Of a stretch of DNA of 64,000 nucleotides, positions 26,967-40,975 are shown one piece after another. The notes under the pieces are model-generated. The model saw only the letters and a list, made by a program, of their open reading frames with translations, had not been told where the DNA came from and made no database searches. The stretch comes from Octopus sinensis (Eukaryota). Positions within the stretch are counted from its first letter, which is position 1; each line of letters starts with the position of its first letter. The stretch lies in assembly GCF_006345805.1 (NCBI RefSeq), contig NC_042998.1, positions 63,488,001-63,552,000 on the forward strand. Direction: 5' to 3'. The translations under genes were made by a program, and so were the position numbers.

Positions 26967-27999
26967 GGTGTACATACAGAAATATACACTTCCTTATTCT
27001 AAAACTATTAACAATAGTAACGTAGTTTCAATTGAAAGCGTCAACAACCAGAAAAGTTCGTTTCTAAATTTGTGTCCAGAAGATTGATTATATTAGACTG
27101 GTATTGATCAGATTTCTACATCGATAGCGGGTTACAGTACTGACAGGGGATATTTGTGACCGAATAATGCCCATTCTTTTGGAAAAAAACACCTTTTAAA
27201 ATTTTCTTTTCAGAATCGTTAAGCAGCATATTAAATATACCAAGGAAGTAAACGCTGGAAAACGACGCTATTGTGGATTTCGAAAATAGAAAAGAAAAAC
27301 ATTATCGATGATCTGTCGAAGACTACGAGATATGTGGCAATAAGTATTCAATGTAAGCAAACAAGTAGCTATAATTCTCACAAAACTGTAAAATAATATA
27401 TAAAGTATACTTGGAGATAGGAAAAGATATCTTTTAAATATAAATCAATCAGCTGTCAGTGTGAAAATCCGTCATCAGATGGCTGAGAAATTTAGTCGAA
27501 TCTGTCGGAATTCCAAAGAGAAATGAAAGAATAGTCAATAAAAATGTACAGAGCATTCTTATGAGGAATATAACGAATCATTCTTAAAGAAAGTCCGGAG
27601 TGAAGCAATGATGAAGCAAAGATAAAATATATCATAAATGATTATTAAAAGCGTATGAGACCAGCTGTATATAGAATCAATGGTGACGTTCTTGAGATCA
27701 AGATAACATTTTCAAAATACGAAAACATCAGGAAGAGAACTGTTTCCTGCTACTGTTACATAAATCTACTCTTCTTTTGCAGATGTTTTATTGGGTTTTA
27801 CGAGAACATCTATGAATGAAGATGTAAATATATCAAGCCGGTTAGCATTGTCTGATATAAGTTTGATACCAGAATGAAAGTATCTCTCATAGCGAAGAAC
27901 TACCTCACAATTGTATACCAGAATTTAATATATAATATTTATTCAGCATATCTAAAGCTATTTTCCCCAGATAATTGCTATAGTAACTGTTTTGATTAC

Positions 28000-28570
28000 A
28001 GCCGAAGGAATAGCTAGAAAGAAGACGTATTCCTGATGGGTTGAGCAACGTCTAATAGGCAAAAGGTGTGATAATATAGAAGGAATCTTAGTCTACTGTC
28101 GATGGAATTATCACTCGTAGATAATAAATTTAATTCGAATGGCTAAAATTGTATCGATCACACTGAAGGCAATATAAAATCTAGCTTCGTCCTTGGTCTT
28201 CCTTCCCAAATTTAGATACATACCTTGATTCTACTCTCACCCATGAGATAAACTATCGCATCTCTGTAACTAAAGGAGGCAGCGATACTGTTTCAACATG
28301 CACAGAATCCCATATCCTGAGAGATTATATAACTCATTACTGTGAAGCCGAAAATACTGACCCGGCATATAACAATTCATAAACATTCTGAAGACATATA
28401 CCAAACATCTAAATGTTATGATGAAGAGTCATGATATTTTTCGTATTTCCTGAAGGCGTTTGAAAGTATAATAATGCAATTTCACCGAGGAAAACATTTC
28501 TACCTCAGAAAATCTAAAGGCCAGTGAAGCAACATCTGTACCATTGACCTGAATATTTCTCCGCATCTGG
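28000..28570 (+). pseudogene. Highly degraded CR1/L2-type LINE RT remnant
   Basis: INYRISVT...ILRDYITHYCEAEN resembles NYRPISLT...IIRDYI..YLE.N, and aaggcgtttgaa (KAFE) resembles the KAFD motif; many stops and frameshifts. Confidence 0.4.
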
Positions 28571-29369
28571 ACAGGAATTCTACATGTACCTTGTACAGGA
28601 TGATAAAAAAGAAAAAAACGCGTAATTAGACAATATTATACCTAACCCAAAAGAAAAACTCAGAGTCACAGAATACTATTTGTACAGTTATATAGTGTTT
28701 GTATAATTTATTAATAATTATATCGTCATTGAGGCTACTCGGGCGCATGTGTATATGAACTCGCCCATTGTTATTAAAGAAAAATGACAGAACTTTCTAC
28801 ACAGGTATAGTTGTTGAGTGCTTGTATATAACATATAACAAGGAAACAAAGGAGTTATTGTCAAGCTGAGCAGTTGTCAAATGTAACATAATTTGCAGAC
28901 AATCAAGATTCGAAATGCATCACAGATCCTGTTTGCTTTTGTGTGGAAAGGAACATCAACCATGTTGGAAAAAGGCTTCTTTCAAAATATACCTTGCTTA
29001 ATGACTAAACCTAAAAAGTTAGGAAAATTGAGCTGGTCTGCCTCGACAAAATGTCATCTGAAAAAAAGCTTCACGTTTGAAAGTTTGTCATCATTCACAA
29101 ATATAGCAATGCGATGCTTCAGTACAACAGCACGTCATAAAACCATAGCAGTCTATCTTAGATTAGCGACAGTTAGATTGGAACAGAAAACAATAAATAT
29201 AGCAAAGAGGATAGGTCACACCCTTTGGACATATCATTGTTTCACACTGGACTTTGAATCAGCATCGCTTGCTGTTATATTATCTATAGTTTGAATGGAT
29301 ACTCTATAATTAATATGGAAATACACTATATTTAAATCCTTAACATTTTCATCATATATCGATGCATTG

Positions 29370-29615
29370 GTATGGTGCATAATTATTGCGGTTTCTTTTA
29401 CAACAAATCTTATTCAACAAAAACAATAACAACATGTAACAAAGACATCTTTAAATGAGTATTCCGAAGCATATTCACCATCTACTTCATTTACCTCTTC
29501 CCGTTTGCTTGGCAGACGGTCAGACCGTCATTTAAAGATGTTTTTGTTAAATATTGTTATTGCTTTGTTGAATAAAATTTGTTGAAAAAGAGACACAATA
29601 ATTATGTACCAACCC
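29370..29615. repeat. Inverted repeat (~90-bp arms, ~65-bp spacer)
   Basis: ggtgcataattattg...acaacaaat.ttattcaacaaa...acatctttaaatga pairs with tcatttaaagatg...ttgttgaataaaatttgttg...caataattatgtacc. Confidence 0.8.
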
Positions 29616-30626
29616 AATAGAATCATAAGTTAGACCTGCGATGAGAACTCTGCGACACGATGGTCACAGGAAATGTTTGAAGCCTTTGAAGTATAGTCTT
29701 TTCGAGAAAAGCTGAGTTTTGCATAAAAATGTATATCTGTCGTCATTACGGAACGCTATATGTATTTATTACATATATTTAATAAGTCATTAATACATCA
29801 ATTTACATATTTATATCGCATTTAATATTTACGAATGCTATTTAAATAAACCTAATTATATTTTCTCTATATTAATAAATTTCTTTTACATTGAGTCTTC
29901 ATCTAATCACAGATGACCAAGAATGATACGGACCCACACACACGCGCAAACACACTTAAACACACTCACAAACACACACGTAAGCATATTACGTATAAGT
30001 ATATGTATGTACGTATATCTGGATGTAGGAATGTATCATACACACTTTACTATCTTCAGATAGCACAAAATATAATTAGAGCTATGATGATGACAATTTT
30101 AAAAATTATATTTAATATTTAATAACGGAAATTTCTCGAAGTAATTATATAAAGAACGAATAATCACCTTCATTGAACCACATTCATTACAGAATTGCAC
30201 TCATATAGCGACGTGTTTAACATCTTATGAGATATTGAAACGTATCACTTCATAAATTTGTCGATATCTTTCATTAATGAAATACGCTGTTTCATTTATC
30301 TGTGCAGACTTCCGATAGCGTCAAATTTTTATGACGGTGAGATAAAAAGACAGAGATAGATATATAGGTACATGGACAGAGGAAGAGAGAGGGAGAGAAA
30401 GAGAGAGAGAGAGGGAGAGGAAAGAGAGAGAGAGAGGGAGAGGAAAGAGAGATAGCGAGAGAGGGTGGAGAGAGAGAGTGAGAGAGAGGGATAGAGAGGC
30501 AGGCTTAAAGCAAAAATGTGAAAATTATATGTATTGTTTCTCCACTAAATTTTGAAGTGTGCATATACAATATCAGAAGTTATACCTGCATACATACATA
30601 CATGCATATATGTGTATGTATGTATG

Positions 30627-30673
<47 letters not shown>

Positions 30674-30698
30674 GTATGTAATATATATATATATATGA

Positions 30699-30774
<76 letters not shown>

Positions 30775-30964
30775 GCGGCTAAAATGTTCAGAACGGCATT
30801 ATTTTCGCCAGAAAAGTAGGTATAAGTTTTTATCAAAGTTATTTCATATTCTATAATTTTCACAGACAATAAATACAATATTAATTGTTATTGTCTGAGA
30901 TTTCGGTGTAATTTGAGAGGATAATACAAAAGTTATGGATGATTTAGGGATTTACTGCAAAGCC

Positions 30965-31850
30965 CATGCCGGCCAAAATGATCAGAACGGTTGAAAAAAA
31001 ATAACAAAATAATCAAAAATGACAGAAAATACTGGAATTATTTAATATTTAGTGTGAAGCCCTTTAGCTTCAATCACACTTTAACATCTTCGACTGCAGG
31101 AGGAAATTAAATTTTCAATTTCTTGCTAGGTGATCTTATTCCATTCTTCCTGAAGGGCATTCCATAATTGCTCGGTTGTTTTAGGATTTCTGGCTTTCGA
31201 ACGTTCTCCTAGAATATTCCACACATTTTCAATAGGATTGAGATCTGGGCTTTGAGCAGGTCAATCCATAATAATAACCTTTTCAGCCTTGAGGAAGTTC
31301 ATGACCACCTTAGCCTTGTGACATGGTGCATTGTCCTGCATGAATATGGGTGGTCGCTTAGTTGAATTTCTCAGCACAGGCAAGACATGATCTTTTACAA
31401 GTTGTTTAAAAACTCCTGCATTTACCTTTCCGTGTAATCGCACCAAAGAGCCCACACCATCTCCAGATATCATCCCCCAAACCATGACACTTCCTCCACC
31501 GAATTTAACACTAGTCTTAAGGCATTTAGGTGACAATTTTTCACCTACTTTTCAACGAACGTACCTTTTCCCATCTGAACCAAATAACATAAACTTAGAT
31601 TCATCACTGAAATGCACCGTTTGCCATTTTTCTTGAGACCACAACACATGTTCGGTTGGAAAGGTAAGACGACAGTTTTTATTTTTGGAGCTGATCAGTG
31701 GCTTCACTGCAGGTGATCTTGCTTGTAGGTTATGTTCAACTAAATGATGAGACACAGTTTTTCGAGATAACGTTTTCTTCAGTACAATGCTTATTTGCCG
31801 AGAAACAGCAGCAGTAGTTTTAAATCTGTCCTTTTTAACCAACTTTACCA
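30965..31850 (-). mobile_element. Tc1-family (DD34E) transposon, 5'-truncated, transposase pseudogene
   Basis: One frame 31849->31049: VHFSDESKF, GGGSVMVWG, FMQDNAPCHKAK, (W)PAQSPDLNPIENVW, KGLHTKY*, with four in-frame stops. TIR-like catgccggccaaaatgatcagaacgg at 30965. Confidence 0.95.
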
Positions 31851-32658
31851 TAGCATATATATATATATGAATCACAAACCCACACATTAAAATATATGTG
31901 TAAATGTACATATATACAGATATGTGTGTGTGTCTGTCTGTTGCTATCACAAGCTATTCCGCATGATTAAGCATTTTTTGAGACAGTAGATTCAACATGT
32001 TTATAGTTTAAAGATATAAATTGCTGACCAACGCACGAGATAGCATGGAGAATCTGTGGCAACATTAATTTGCTGTAGGTCGCAGTAATTGTTGTTGTTG
32101 CTGTTTCAATTTGCTTTCAACTTGTTTTTCTCAAATGATGTTATTTTCTTGGTTTCAAAAATCTTGGTCTCGCAGATTTGGGTGGCATATATTTTATGCA
32201 CTTATGCTGTTAGTTTTCCAGTTGATGAAGTGGTTGATAAAATTATGTTTTGAACACCTAACAGTCATTTTGTGTCGCGCTTGAAGCTTGCGTGGGCCAA
32301 TAATTCTCAGAGTAACGCGGTCGTGAGATTATGACTTGTAGAGTTACCAATGCCAATAAAGTCAAAGAAGAGTAACCAGAACGAACCCCACCATTCTCCA
32401 TCAAGATCCCAACAGCTGAATAAACTTTATCAAAGCAACAATGGCCGAAAGTGGGAGGTTGCAAAGCGAGACTCTGCTTAAGTAACCAATACTCAAGATT
32501 GCAAACACCAACAGTATTTTTCCTACTGATAACTCCTCCAGCATATTAACCAATCCTGGTATATATCTATCTGTCTATCTATCTGCCTGTTTGTCTCTCT
32601 ATCCGTCCATCCATCCATCCATCCATCCACCCACCTATCTATCTATCTATCTATCTAC

Positions 32659-32743
<85 letters not shown>

Positions 32744-33224
32744 CATCCATCCATCCATCCATTGATTTATCATCCTTTCATTCATTTATCCATCCATCCA
32801 CCCATCCATCGATGTATGTATGTATTATGTATGTATTTTTGTATGTATGTATCTCTCTCTCTCTTTATCTATCTATTCGTTTATATATATTTTCTTAAAT
32901 TCTAGGACAATATATAAGGATAGTGGAAGCAGGTTTCGTGCCACTTGAAGATACTCCCTGTCGGCGGCAATATGTGACGGTCGCCCTGTCAATATCCAAT
33001 GAATATTTAAGATTTTAGTCCTATATGTCTGGTGTAGTATCTGAGTATCTTGTTCAGTATACCGCTATACAACCTGAACAAGGAAGTGTCTAGGTAATGC
33101 GGTCTAAAATTCACAAACCACTGTTCCTTGTTTAGCTGATTAACCACGATAAGAGAAATGCCATTCATGCGGGCGAATCTATAAGGAAAGGATATCCAGG
33201 TCTGCTAAACTGATCATTGGCTCT

Positions 33225-33650
33225 TTTATTCTTTTATTTGTTTCAGTCATTTGACTGCGGCCATGCTGGAGCACCGCTGTTAGTCAAACAAATCGACCCC
33301 AGAACTCATTCTTTGTAAGCCTAGTATTGATTCAATCGTTTTCATTTGCCGACAGGAACGTAAATAGACCATCATCGGTTGTCAAGCGATGATTGGGGGA
33401 GGGCAAACTCAGGCACACAAACACACACGAACATACAAGCACACACACACGTACACACATGCGCGCACACACACAGAGACACATATACGACGGGCTTCTT
33501 TCAGATTCTCTCAACCAAATCCACACACAGGGACTTGGTCGGCCCAAGAATATAGTAAAAGATACTTGTCCAAGGTACCACGCAGTGGGACTGAAGTCAA
33601 AACCATGTGGTTGGTAAGCAAGTTACTTACCATACAGCCACTCCCGCGCT
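33225..33650 (-). mobile_element. SINE family A
   Basis: tgtttcagtcatttgactgcggccatgctggagcaccgc...aaaaccatgtggttggtaagcaag..ttaccatacagccactcc. Confidence 0.9.
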
Positions 33651-34364
33651 TATTTGCGCAATCCTTGGCCTTAACAACACTGAAATTGAACAGCGTCCAT
33701 CATTTGGCTCTAAAGGATTCTAATTTCAACATTGAGAAAACTCTTCTCTCCAAAACCCATCTTTTGTTGAGTGACGAACTTGGAGATACAAGTTGTGGGT
33801 ATACTTTCTTTTGAGAAGAGAGAAAAAGGTAAGAACGAATACAGTCCAAAGAGTGTGTTTTAGTGTGAAGAACAGGATCTTTGAGGCCATCAATTAACTC
33901 CAACTGCTATGAACATAAGATTTATTACTCTTCGCGTACCATTATCTCAAAAAATCTTTATTTTATCACAGCTTATGTTCTAACACTTGATGCTGATAGA
34001 GATATGGGAAATCAATTTTACCATCACCTGAGAAACAACATTTTGAAATAAACAAGTAACAAACTTCGACTCTCAGAAGAATTCTATGCAAGAGTGGAGT
34101 AAAAAACAATTGGGCTAGAGAAAATATCAATAAAGGTGTTAGGAACTTCACACGCATATACAGAGACACACAAACACGCGCACACACATCTAACCCCACA
34201 TTCATCAACGCTTCTAACATGACAAGAGTGCTAATGTTCTATTATTACATCATGTATTATATTTCGTTGTGATAAAAGCAATAGAGCGTATGACGATTTT
34301 CTTGGTGTATTTTTCTCTTTTTAACAACCTGAGTTCAAATTTACTTGCTTCAAATTAACGCTTA

Positions 34365-35010
34365 ACATTTCAGAATCGAAGACGGATGCAAGCTGATGGA
34401 ATCATTATCACGCCGGGTAGAATACTTTGCAGAATTTTGTCCATCTTTAGCGTTTTGGGTTTAATTTTTGCCCAGGTTGACCTTGTCTTTCACTCTTTCA
34501 GGCTCGATAAAGTAAGTACCAGTTGGGACACTGGGGATCAATGTAATCGACTTGCTTCCCTCTCCACAAAATTGCTTGCCTTGTGTCAAAATTTGAAATC
34601 AATATTTCAGAATCGAAGACGAATGCGAGCTGGCAGAATCATTACCGCTCCAGGAAAATGCTTAGCGGGATTTCGTCCGTCTCTACGTCACAGGTGCCAA
34701 ACTGTATCGGTCTTTGCCTTTCCCTTGGATAACACTGGTGGCGTGGATACGGGTGGCTGGTATGCATGGGCGACAACTGGTTTTCCATAAACAAAATTTC
34801 CCGGATTGTGCCTGGGAGGGTAACTTTCTAGGTGCAATCCCATGGTCAGTCATGATCGAATGGGGTCCCAGCATGCTCTGAGTTCAAATTCCACGGAGAT
34901 CGACTATGACATTCATGCTTACGTGTTCGATAAAGTTGAGCATTGTGGGCGGGGTGGGTGTTTCGATATAATTCACTCCCCACACCCAAACTTGCTGGCC
35001 TTGAGCCGAA
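34365..35010 (+). mobile_element. Two tandem family B-type SINEs, the second interrupted by an insertion (~34690-34872)
   Basis: Both start ttcagaatcgaagacg..gc.agct. The second resumes ctctgagttcaaattcc after an unrelated ~180-bp repeat segment (ggagggtaactttctaggtgcaatcccatggtca), possibly an RTE-type 3' end. Confidence 0.65.
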
Positions 35011-36382
35011 ATCACCAATACATATTCAGGGTAAAAATTGCTTGTGAGAGGTACCGCAGTTTAGGATCGAACCTGCTATAGCGTGACTTCTAAAAGAACT
35101 TCAAATATTTAATCATCTTATGTCAATATTCTTCATTGTAACAGAAGACGTTTTTTTTACTTAATGTTTAATTAAGCATAACATTTTGATCACGCCCTAA
35201 TTTGTTTTTTATACTAAGTTGTGTTGGTCATGAGCGGAGGTTGGCATATTACTGGTATAGCGAAAATTAGATAAGAATAAAATAGTACAGCGCGTAAAAT
35301 TCAATACTTTTCATACATTACCGTTCATTCGCCACATATAAAGATAAGACCAAAAACAATCTTTTGCCTACAAATTATAAACGGTTTTAGTTGAAATTAA
35401 GGCAGCAACGTCTTAGACATATAAGAAGAGAAATAAAGGAAATTTATTCTTGAAATACAATTTTGAAGTAATGTGTTTTTATTGGCCAGCAAACTGAATT
35501 CAGTATCAATTTAGGAACGATTCTAAGTTGGACAAAATGCAAAACGAACTTACGTCCGACATAAATTGCCATTGACCTGTTTAAATGATCGATAATTTAC
35601 TCGTTCATTAAGTAGCAGATTTAATAGATCAAACTCTTTAACATGACCTGGTATACTGGTACTTCTATCAGAATCGAAACTGTTGCAGGATTTCAAGATT
35701 TATCTTCTGTTTCACAATAAATAAACTCCCTCTTCGCCCCTCCCAAACCAGTCTCAGTAGTTCTACAATTGATCACGCAGCTGGCATTTTTCAATTGATT
35801 TACCGCAGAACAGAAGAAATGATATCAACTTCGAATCTTAAACGGCCATCACTCGAAAAGAATAACAAGAACTAAGCAACGTGTAACACTAAAAACGTGT
35901 CTGTGTTTTCTATTCGGCATTTATTGCGCCTTAAGTCGTTCATTCACGCCAAGAGTACAACTGAAAAGGGATATGAATCTGACATATATGTGAAAATTAT
36001 ATTAGCATATCAGGCTATCTTTTCATTCTCTAAGGTCCTAAGAAAGATTCAAATTCTACTTGGTAGATTTTGAATAGCGATAAGAATAAACCATATATCT
36101 GAGCAAGAGGATTAAATATTTAATTCAGAGTAAGCCATTGAGATTTTCTATTGGTTTTATGCTTTCCCTCAGAAATGTCATAAATATAAATGTAGAAATT
36201 ATTTGAAATTACTGTTGCTTTAGAACAGAAAATTTTAACTGCAGTGACTGATTGTATGTGATTTATTATAGTAAGTCATAAATAAACGATACGTTATTGA
36301 TTCTTACATGTTTTCCGATGGTTCAAATAATTAATTCCTATGTGATACAATTGTGTTTTTGGATAAATATCTATGAAAAATA

Positions 36383-36474
<92 letters not shown>

Positions 36475-36832
36475 TCATATTCATACATATATATTCTCAT
36501 ATTTATATATACATATATAAGTATATATATTTATATATGTATGTATATATATATTTATATATATGCATATATATATGTACACACACACACACCCCTATAT
36601 ACATATTGCTTTATGCATGTATAGGAAAACCCTTGTATACACGAAAATATAGGAATCATATCTATTATTTATACAAGTGTACGTACGCATGTCAATGCAT
36701 ACGTTTACAATTATATATGTATATAATATATACATATATATACATGTATGTATGTGTGTTTATATATATATATAATACCTACAATTGCAAGAAATAAGAG
36801 CTAAAATGTAACTCCAATGGCCACACAAAATT

Positions 36833-37262
36833 ACCAACTTCATGAGATGTTCAAAGGACTGCGAGCGGCAAGCCGCAACATCATTCTGTCTTTCTCCAGC
36901 GAGATAAAACACACAGAAGGAAGTAATTTGATGAGACCCTATCACATGATTCGTTTCCTTTCAGGGGAATCTACAATTTACTACGGATTAAAGAGACAGC
37001 TTGCTTCTCATTTGCTTATGAGGGAAAATAACCGTTGAAAACGAGCGCTAAAATTCAAAACGGTTTGCGTGTATATAAAAATACAAGAATATATTATAAC
37101 GATAATACAGATTCCCCTGAAGAGAAACGAAACCTTATTAGTTAAATTTCCAAATCATGTGGTAGGGTCTCATCAAATTACTACGTTCTGTGAGTTTTCT
37201 CTCGCAGAAGAAAGATGTCTTGCCTTGCCGCGCGCAGTCCTTTCAATATCTCGTGAGGTTGG
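36833..37262. repeat. Inverted repeat / possible MITE (~115-bp arms, ~200-bp spacer)
   Basis: ccaacttcatgagatgttcaaaggactgcg...gtaatttgatgagaccctatcacatgatt pairs with aatcatgtggtagggtctcatcaaattac...cgcagtcctttcaatatctcgtgaggttgg. Confidence 0.8.
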
Positions 37263-37486
37263 TGAGCTGGCAGAGACGTTAGCGCGCCGGGCGAAATGCG
37301 TAGCCGTATTTCGTCTGTCATTACGTTCTGAGTTCAAATTCCGCCGAGGTCGACTTTGCCTTTCATCCTCTCGGGGTCGATAAATAAAGTACCAGTTACG
37401 CACTGGGTCGATGTAATCAACTCAATCCCTTTGTCTGTCCTTGTTTGTCCCCTCTATGTTTAGCCCCTTGTGGGTAGTAAAGAAAT
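37261..37486 (+). mobile_element. tRNA-derived SINE, family B (full length)
   Basis: gagctggcagagacgttagc..gccgggcgaaatg...gttctgagttcaaattccgccgaggtcgac...gggtagtaaagaaat. Confidence 0.92.
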
Positions 37487-38158
37487 ATATATTTTTAGGT
37501 ACTATTTCCACCCTTATTTATGTATTCTGCCTTTTTGGCTTTTGATTGCGATAGCAACCTATATTATAATGTATTTAATCTATCATAATATATCGTTATT
37601 TATCGTTATAATATAGTCTATATATACATACGCGGACACAAACGGTAAAGTAGCAACGTCTCAGGGACATGTTAAACAGGATTATCTCTCCGTAATGATT
37701 GCGGTCTACTCTCCTCCTAGTTCGGATACCACCGAGACTACCTTTGATTTTATCCTGTTCAGATGCATAGAAATAAGCATCTTGTGCTTCATTTTCTACC
37801 TAACCTGACAATCTCGAACACATTGCTCGGATGAATCAGTCACTAAACTATTGCATAATTATCTTTTGGGGTAATTATTGTTCATGCGCTGCCAGACCCT
37901 TATACGCGAACGCCATTGAGAACGATAGAAATCATATATCTGAATCTCCTTTCATATTGACCGAGTGGAACCACTCTTTAAATGACGCCAAGCTAAATAT
38001 CTCGAAGGAATTTCGAAATTCCGGTGAGCATCGAGATAGCTAAATTATAGTTCAATCGTCTTTCACCTAACAATTTATTAGAAAATATTAAAATGTGAGA
38101 CTTGTTAAATCAATGTCAATAAATCTCCTGAAAATCTCAGAGGACATAAAATTCATTT

Positions 38159-38228
<70 letters not shown>

Positions 38229-38309
38229 GCAGTATAGAAGGATCCTTTGGGTACTGTCTGAGAAACAGCACCATGACGCAATTTACTCTGAGAGGGATTT
38301 GTAGTGCTC

Positions 38310-38465
38310 GGTATTCACGCCAGAAACTCCAGTACGAACGGATGTTGAACAAACAGAAAAACGGTTTGTCTGCCGGGTCCCCCAAACATGTACTGAGAGT
38401 GATAAAAATCAAACATCCAATCTACACCATGGTGTTTGGAGTGATCATTAGTCATGGTGATGAAT
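38310..38465 (+). pseudogene. maT/DD37D-type Tc1/mariner transposase fragment
   Basis: SPKHVLRVIKIKHPIYTMVFGVIISHGD resembles the DD37D segment P.DVP.VMKTKHP..IMVFGVI.SDGD. Confidence 0.6.
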
Positions 38466-38719
38466 ATAAATAGGATGTTCAAAGTCATTGTAAAAAGCGG
38501 GGAAGGGAAATACAGTGACTGGTGAACGAGGGGTATATAGAGCAAGGATCCCAAGACGGAAATGATAGAGTTGGGAATGTGAACAAGACAGGGATGCAGG
38601 ACTGAGAAAGGAGAGATAAGCATAGTGCAAAAAAGGAGATGTAGGATAGAGGAGAAGAGGAAATATAGTTTCGTTTGTAAAAAATTAAATTTACATATAG
38701 GTGGAACAAACAGTGAGCT

Positions 38720-39000
38720 GATTTTCTCAGGAACTTCCTATCACTAGACATCAGAGCGATTATCATATCCTCCGTATGGCCCAACATCTTGAAATCAGTC
38801 CATTATACTTTATCATATGACCTCCTGTGTTTCCCTCTTCCGCGGTTGCCAACCAGTTTAAGCGAGAGCTACGTCTTTATACAGCTGTCTTCATTCATGC
38901 GCATCACATGTCTACACCGACGTACTCTTCTCCCTTGTAGGCCTCATCTGATTTTGCTCTAGTCTACGCATATATTCTGCATTCAGGGCTCACGTCCCAG
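38720..39000 (-). pseudogene. RTE-clade LINE 3' fragment
   Basis: Minus strand gives ERRVRRCRHVMRMNEDSCIK...GNRGRGKHRRSYDK then MLGHTEDM, resembling the RTE C-terminus RRLRWYGHVMRM..DS..K...G.RGRGRP. Confidence 0.65.
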
Positions 39001-39181
39001 TGCCATTGAGTATAGCCGTTCATATGCATACATCACCCAAACTGCCTTTCACTCTATATATACATAATATGACATATAATATATAATATATACATATAAA
39101 CATATATACATACATATAAACATGCATAGATACAAATATGTATATATACATATATATATACATATACATACATATATATGT

Positions 39182-39289
<108 letters not shown>

Positions 39290-39554
39290 GCATACACACA
39301 CATATATATGTGCTTTTTCCATGGGTGCGTGTTAGTATTTCATTTATTTCTTATCGTATTTTCTGCTGAAGAGGAAAAAATCCATGGGATTAATTCCGAA
39401 ATTGATTCAATATAGAAATAACCAACTTGTTTTAAAAAATTATCTTGGCTAGCTTCCCGATTTCAGTACGACGTATATTTTTAGTGAGTGTATAATGATA
39501 TGTGAAAATTGGCACTTTAAAAGCCTGTTATCCCCATATTGGCATGGAAATAAG

Positions 39555-39587
<33 letters not shown>

Positions 39588-39589
39588 AG

Positions 39590-40826
39590 AACATTAAGGG
39601 TTAAATGTTAAACGTCAGATTTTGAAATGAAAGTTTATCTTATCTCACAGGAAAGCAAAGCAGCTAATCAAAGTATACACCTGTATTATCAATACCACCT
39701 TGCCATTTTATCGGTAGCTTATTTATGCCGGCAGTGACGAATTCTAGAGAGCAAGAAGTGGTGAAATCATTAAAAGGCTGCTTTTGCATCATCTTCAGAT
39801 TTGAAGTTTTTTCCTTGCAAAAAGTTATATAATGCCTGGAAAATGCGATAATCTGTTGGTACAAAGGTCTGGTGAATATGATGGATGACAGAGTACTTCC
39901 AAGTACAGTTCCTGTAAATTGAGTAGCGTTCTTTGTGCAACATATGGTCGAGAGTTGTCCTGCAAGAGAATTGGCGTGTCTCTATTGATCAATCACAGTT
40001 GTTTAATTGCAAGTTCGCTCATTATTTCATCCAATAGGTTGATATATACATCTCCTGTAATTGACTTACCAGGGCTCATGAAGCTGTATTTGAAGACACC
40101 AGCACTGGACCAGCAAGCAGACACCATTAGCATTTTTTGGTGAATATTCGTTTTTGGATTATGTTTGGCACTTCGTCTCTATCCAACCACCATACAGAAT
40201 GCTTGCTATTGTTGAAAATAATCCCTTTTTCATCAGACCTAACAATACGATGCAAAAATGGTTCCCTTTTATGACGTGACAGGAAAGAACAGCAAGTTTC
40301 AAGACGAATTGTCATTTGTTGCCCGTTCAATTCATGTGGTACCCATTTGTCTAGCTTCTTTACCTTGCCGATCAATCAAATCTTGCTTCTAACTCACGCA
40401 TAGTTTGAGATATATCTGCTTCCACTACGAATTTCCAGCTCATCATTATCCACCTTTGTCTCAGGACTACTACGGGGCAGAATCTCAAGAGCAAAGTCAC
40501 CAGACAGGAACTTCTCAATCTATTGACATACAGTTCGCTTATTCGTCACGTCTTCACCAAACACCTCATTGATGTTTCGAGCAGTCAGGCATGCATTGGT
40601 TCCACGACGAAACTCATATCCATATACAACACGATTTTTTTATGTATCTACCGGTTCACAAAAATTGATTTACAAGAGAAAAGTCACAATATAATCAGAC
40701 ACCATGAATTGCCTTTACAGAGTTATGATGTAAAGCTTCAGTGTTGCAAAACAAAGAATTGTCAGAGTTAACAACTTTCAAAATTGGTGCTTAAGAAAAT
40801 CGGACATTTCCTTCTTAATGATCTGA
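39590..40826 (-). mobile_element. Near full-length degraded mariner (Hsmar1/cecropia-like)
   Basis: Minus-strand pieces in order: ARNINEVFGEDVTN..KFLSGDFALE..PETKVDNDEL, KKLDKWVPHEL, RIVRSDEK, LLQDNSRP, FLQGKNFKSEDDAK, GINKLPIKWQ..IDNTGVYFD. TIR-like tatcagatcattaagaaggaaatgtccgattt at 40826; the other end is uncertain. Confidence 0.9.
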
Positions 40827-40840
40827 TATGTATATATATA

Positions 40841-40881
<41 letters not shown>

Positions 40882-40943
40882 TGACAGAGGGTGCCGAATA
40901 GCAGCGCCTTTGCTAAGCTTTTACATTATTTTAACTTCCATAT

Positions 40944-40975
<32 letters not shown>

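Noticed and set aside
28893-29294. 133-aa plus-strand ORF
   Set aside because: Starts at TTG, has no recognisable domain or convincing splice sites, and lies next to a decayed LINE; compatible with chance.
32258-32464. CpG-richer segment with short ORFs on both strands
   Set aside because: No recognisable motif; it cannot be distinguished from regulatory or random sequence without expression data.
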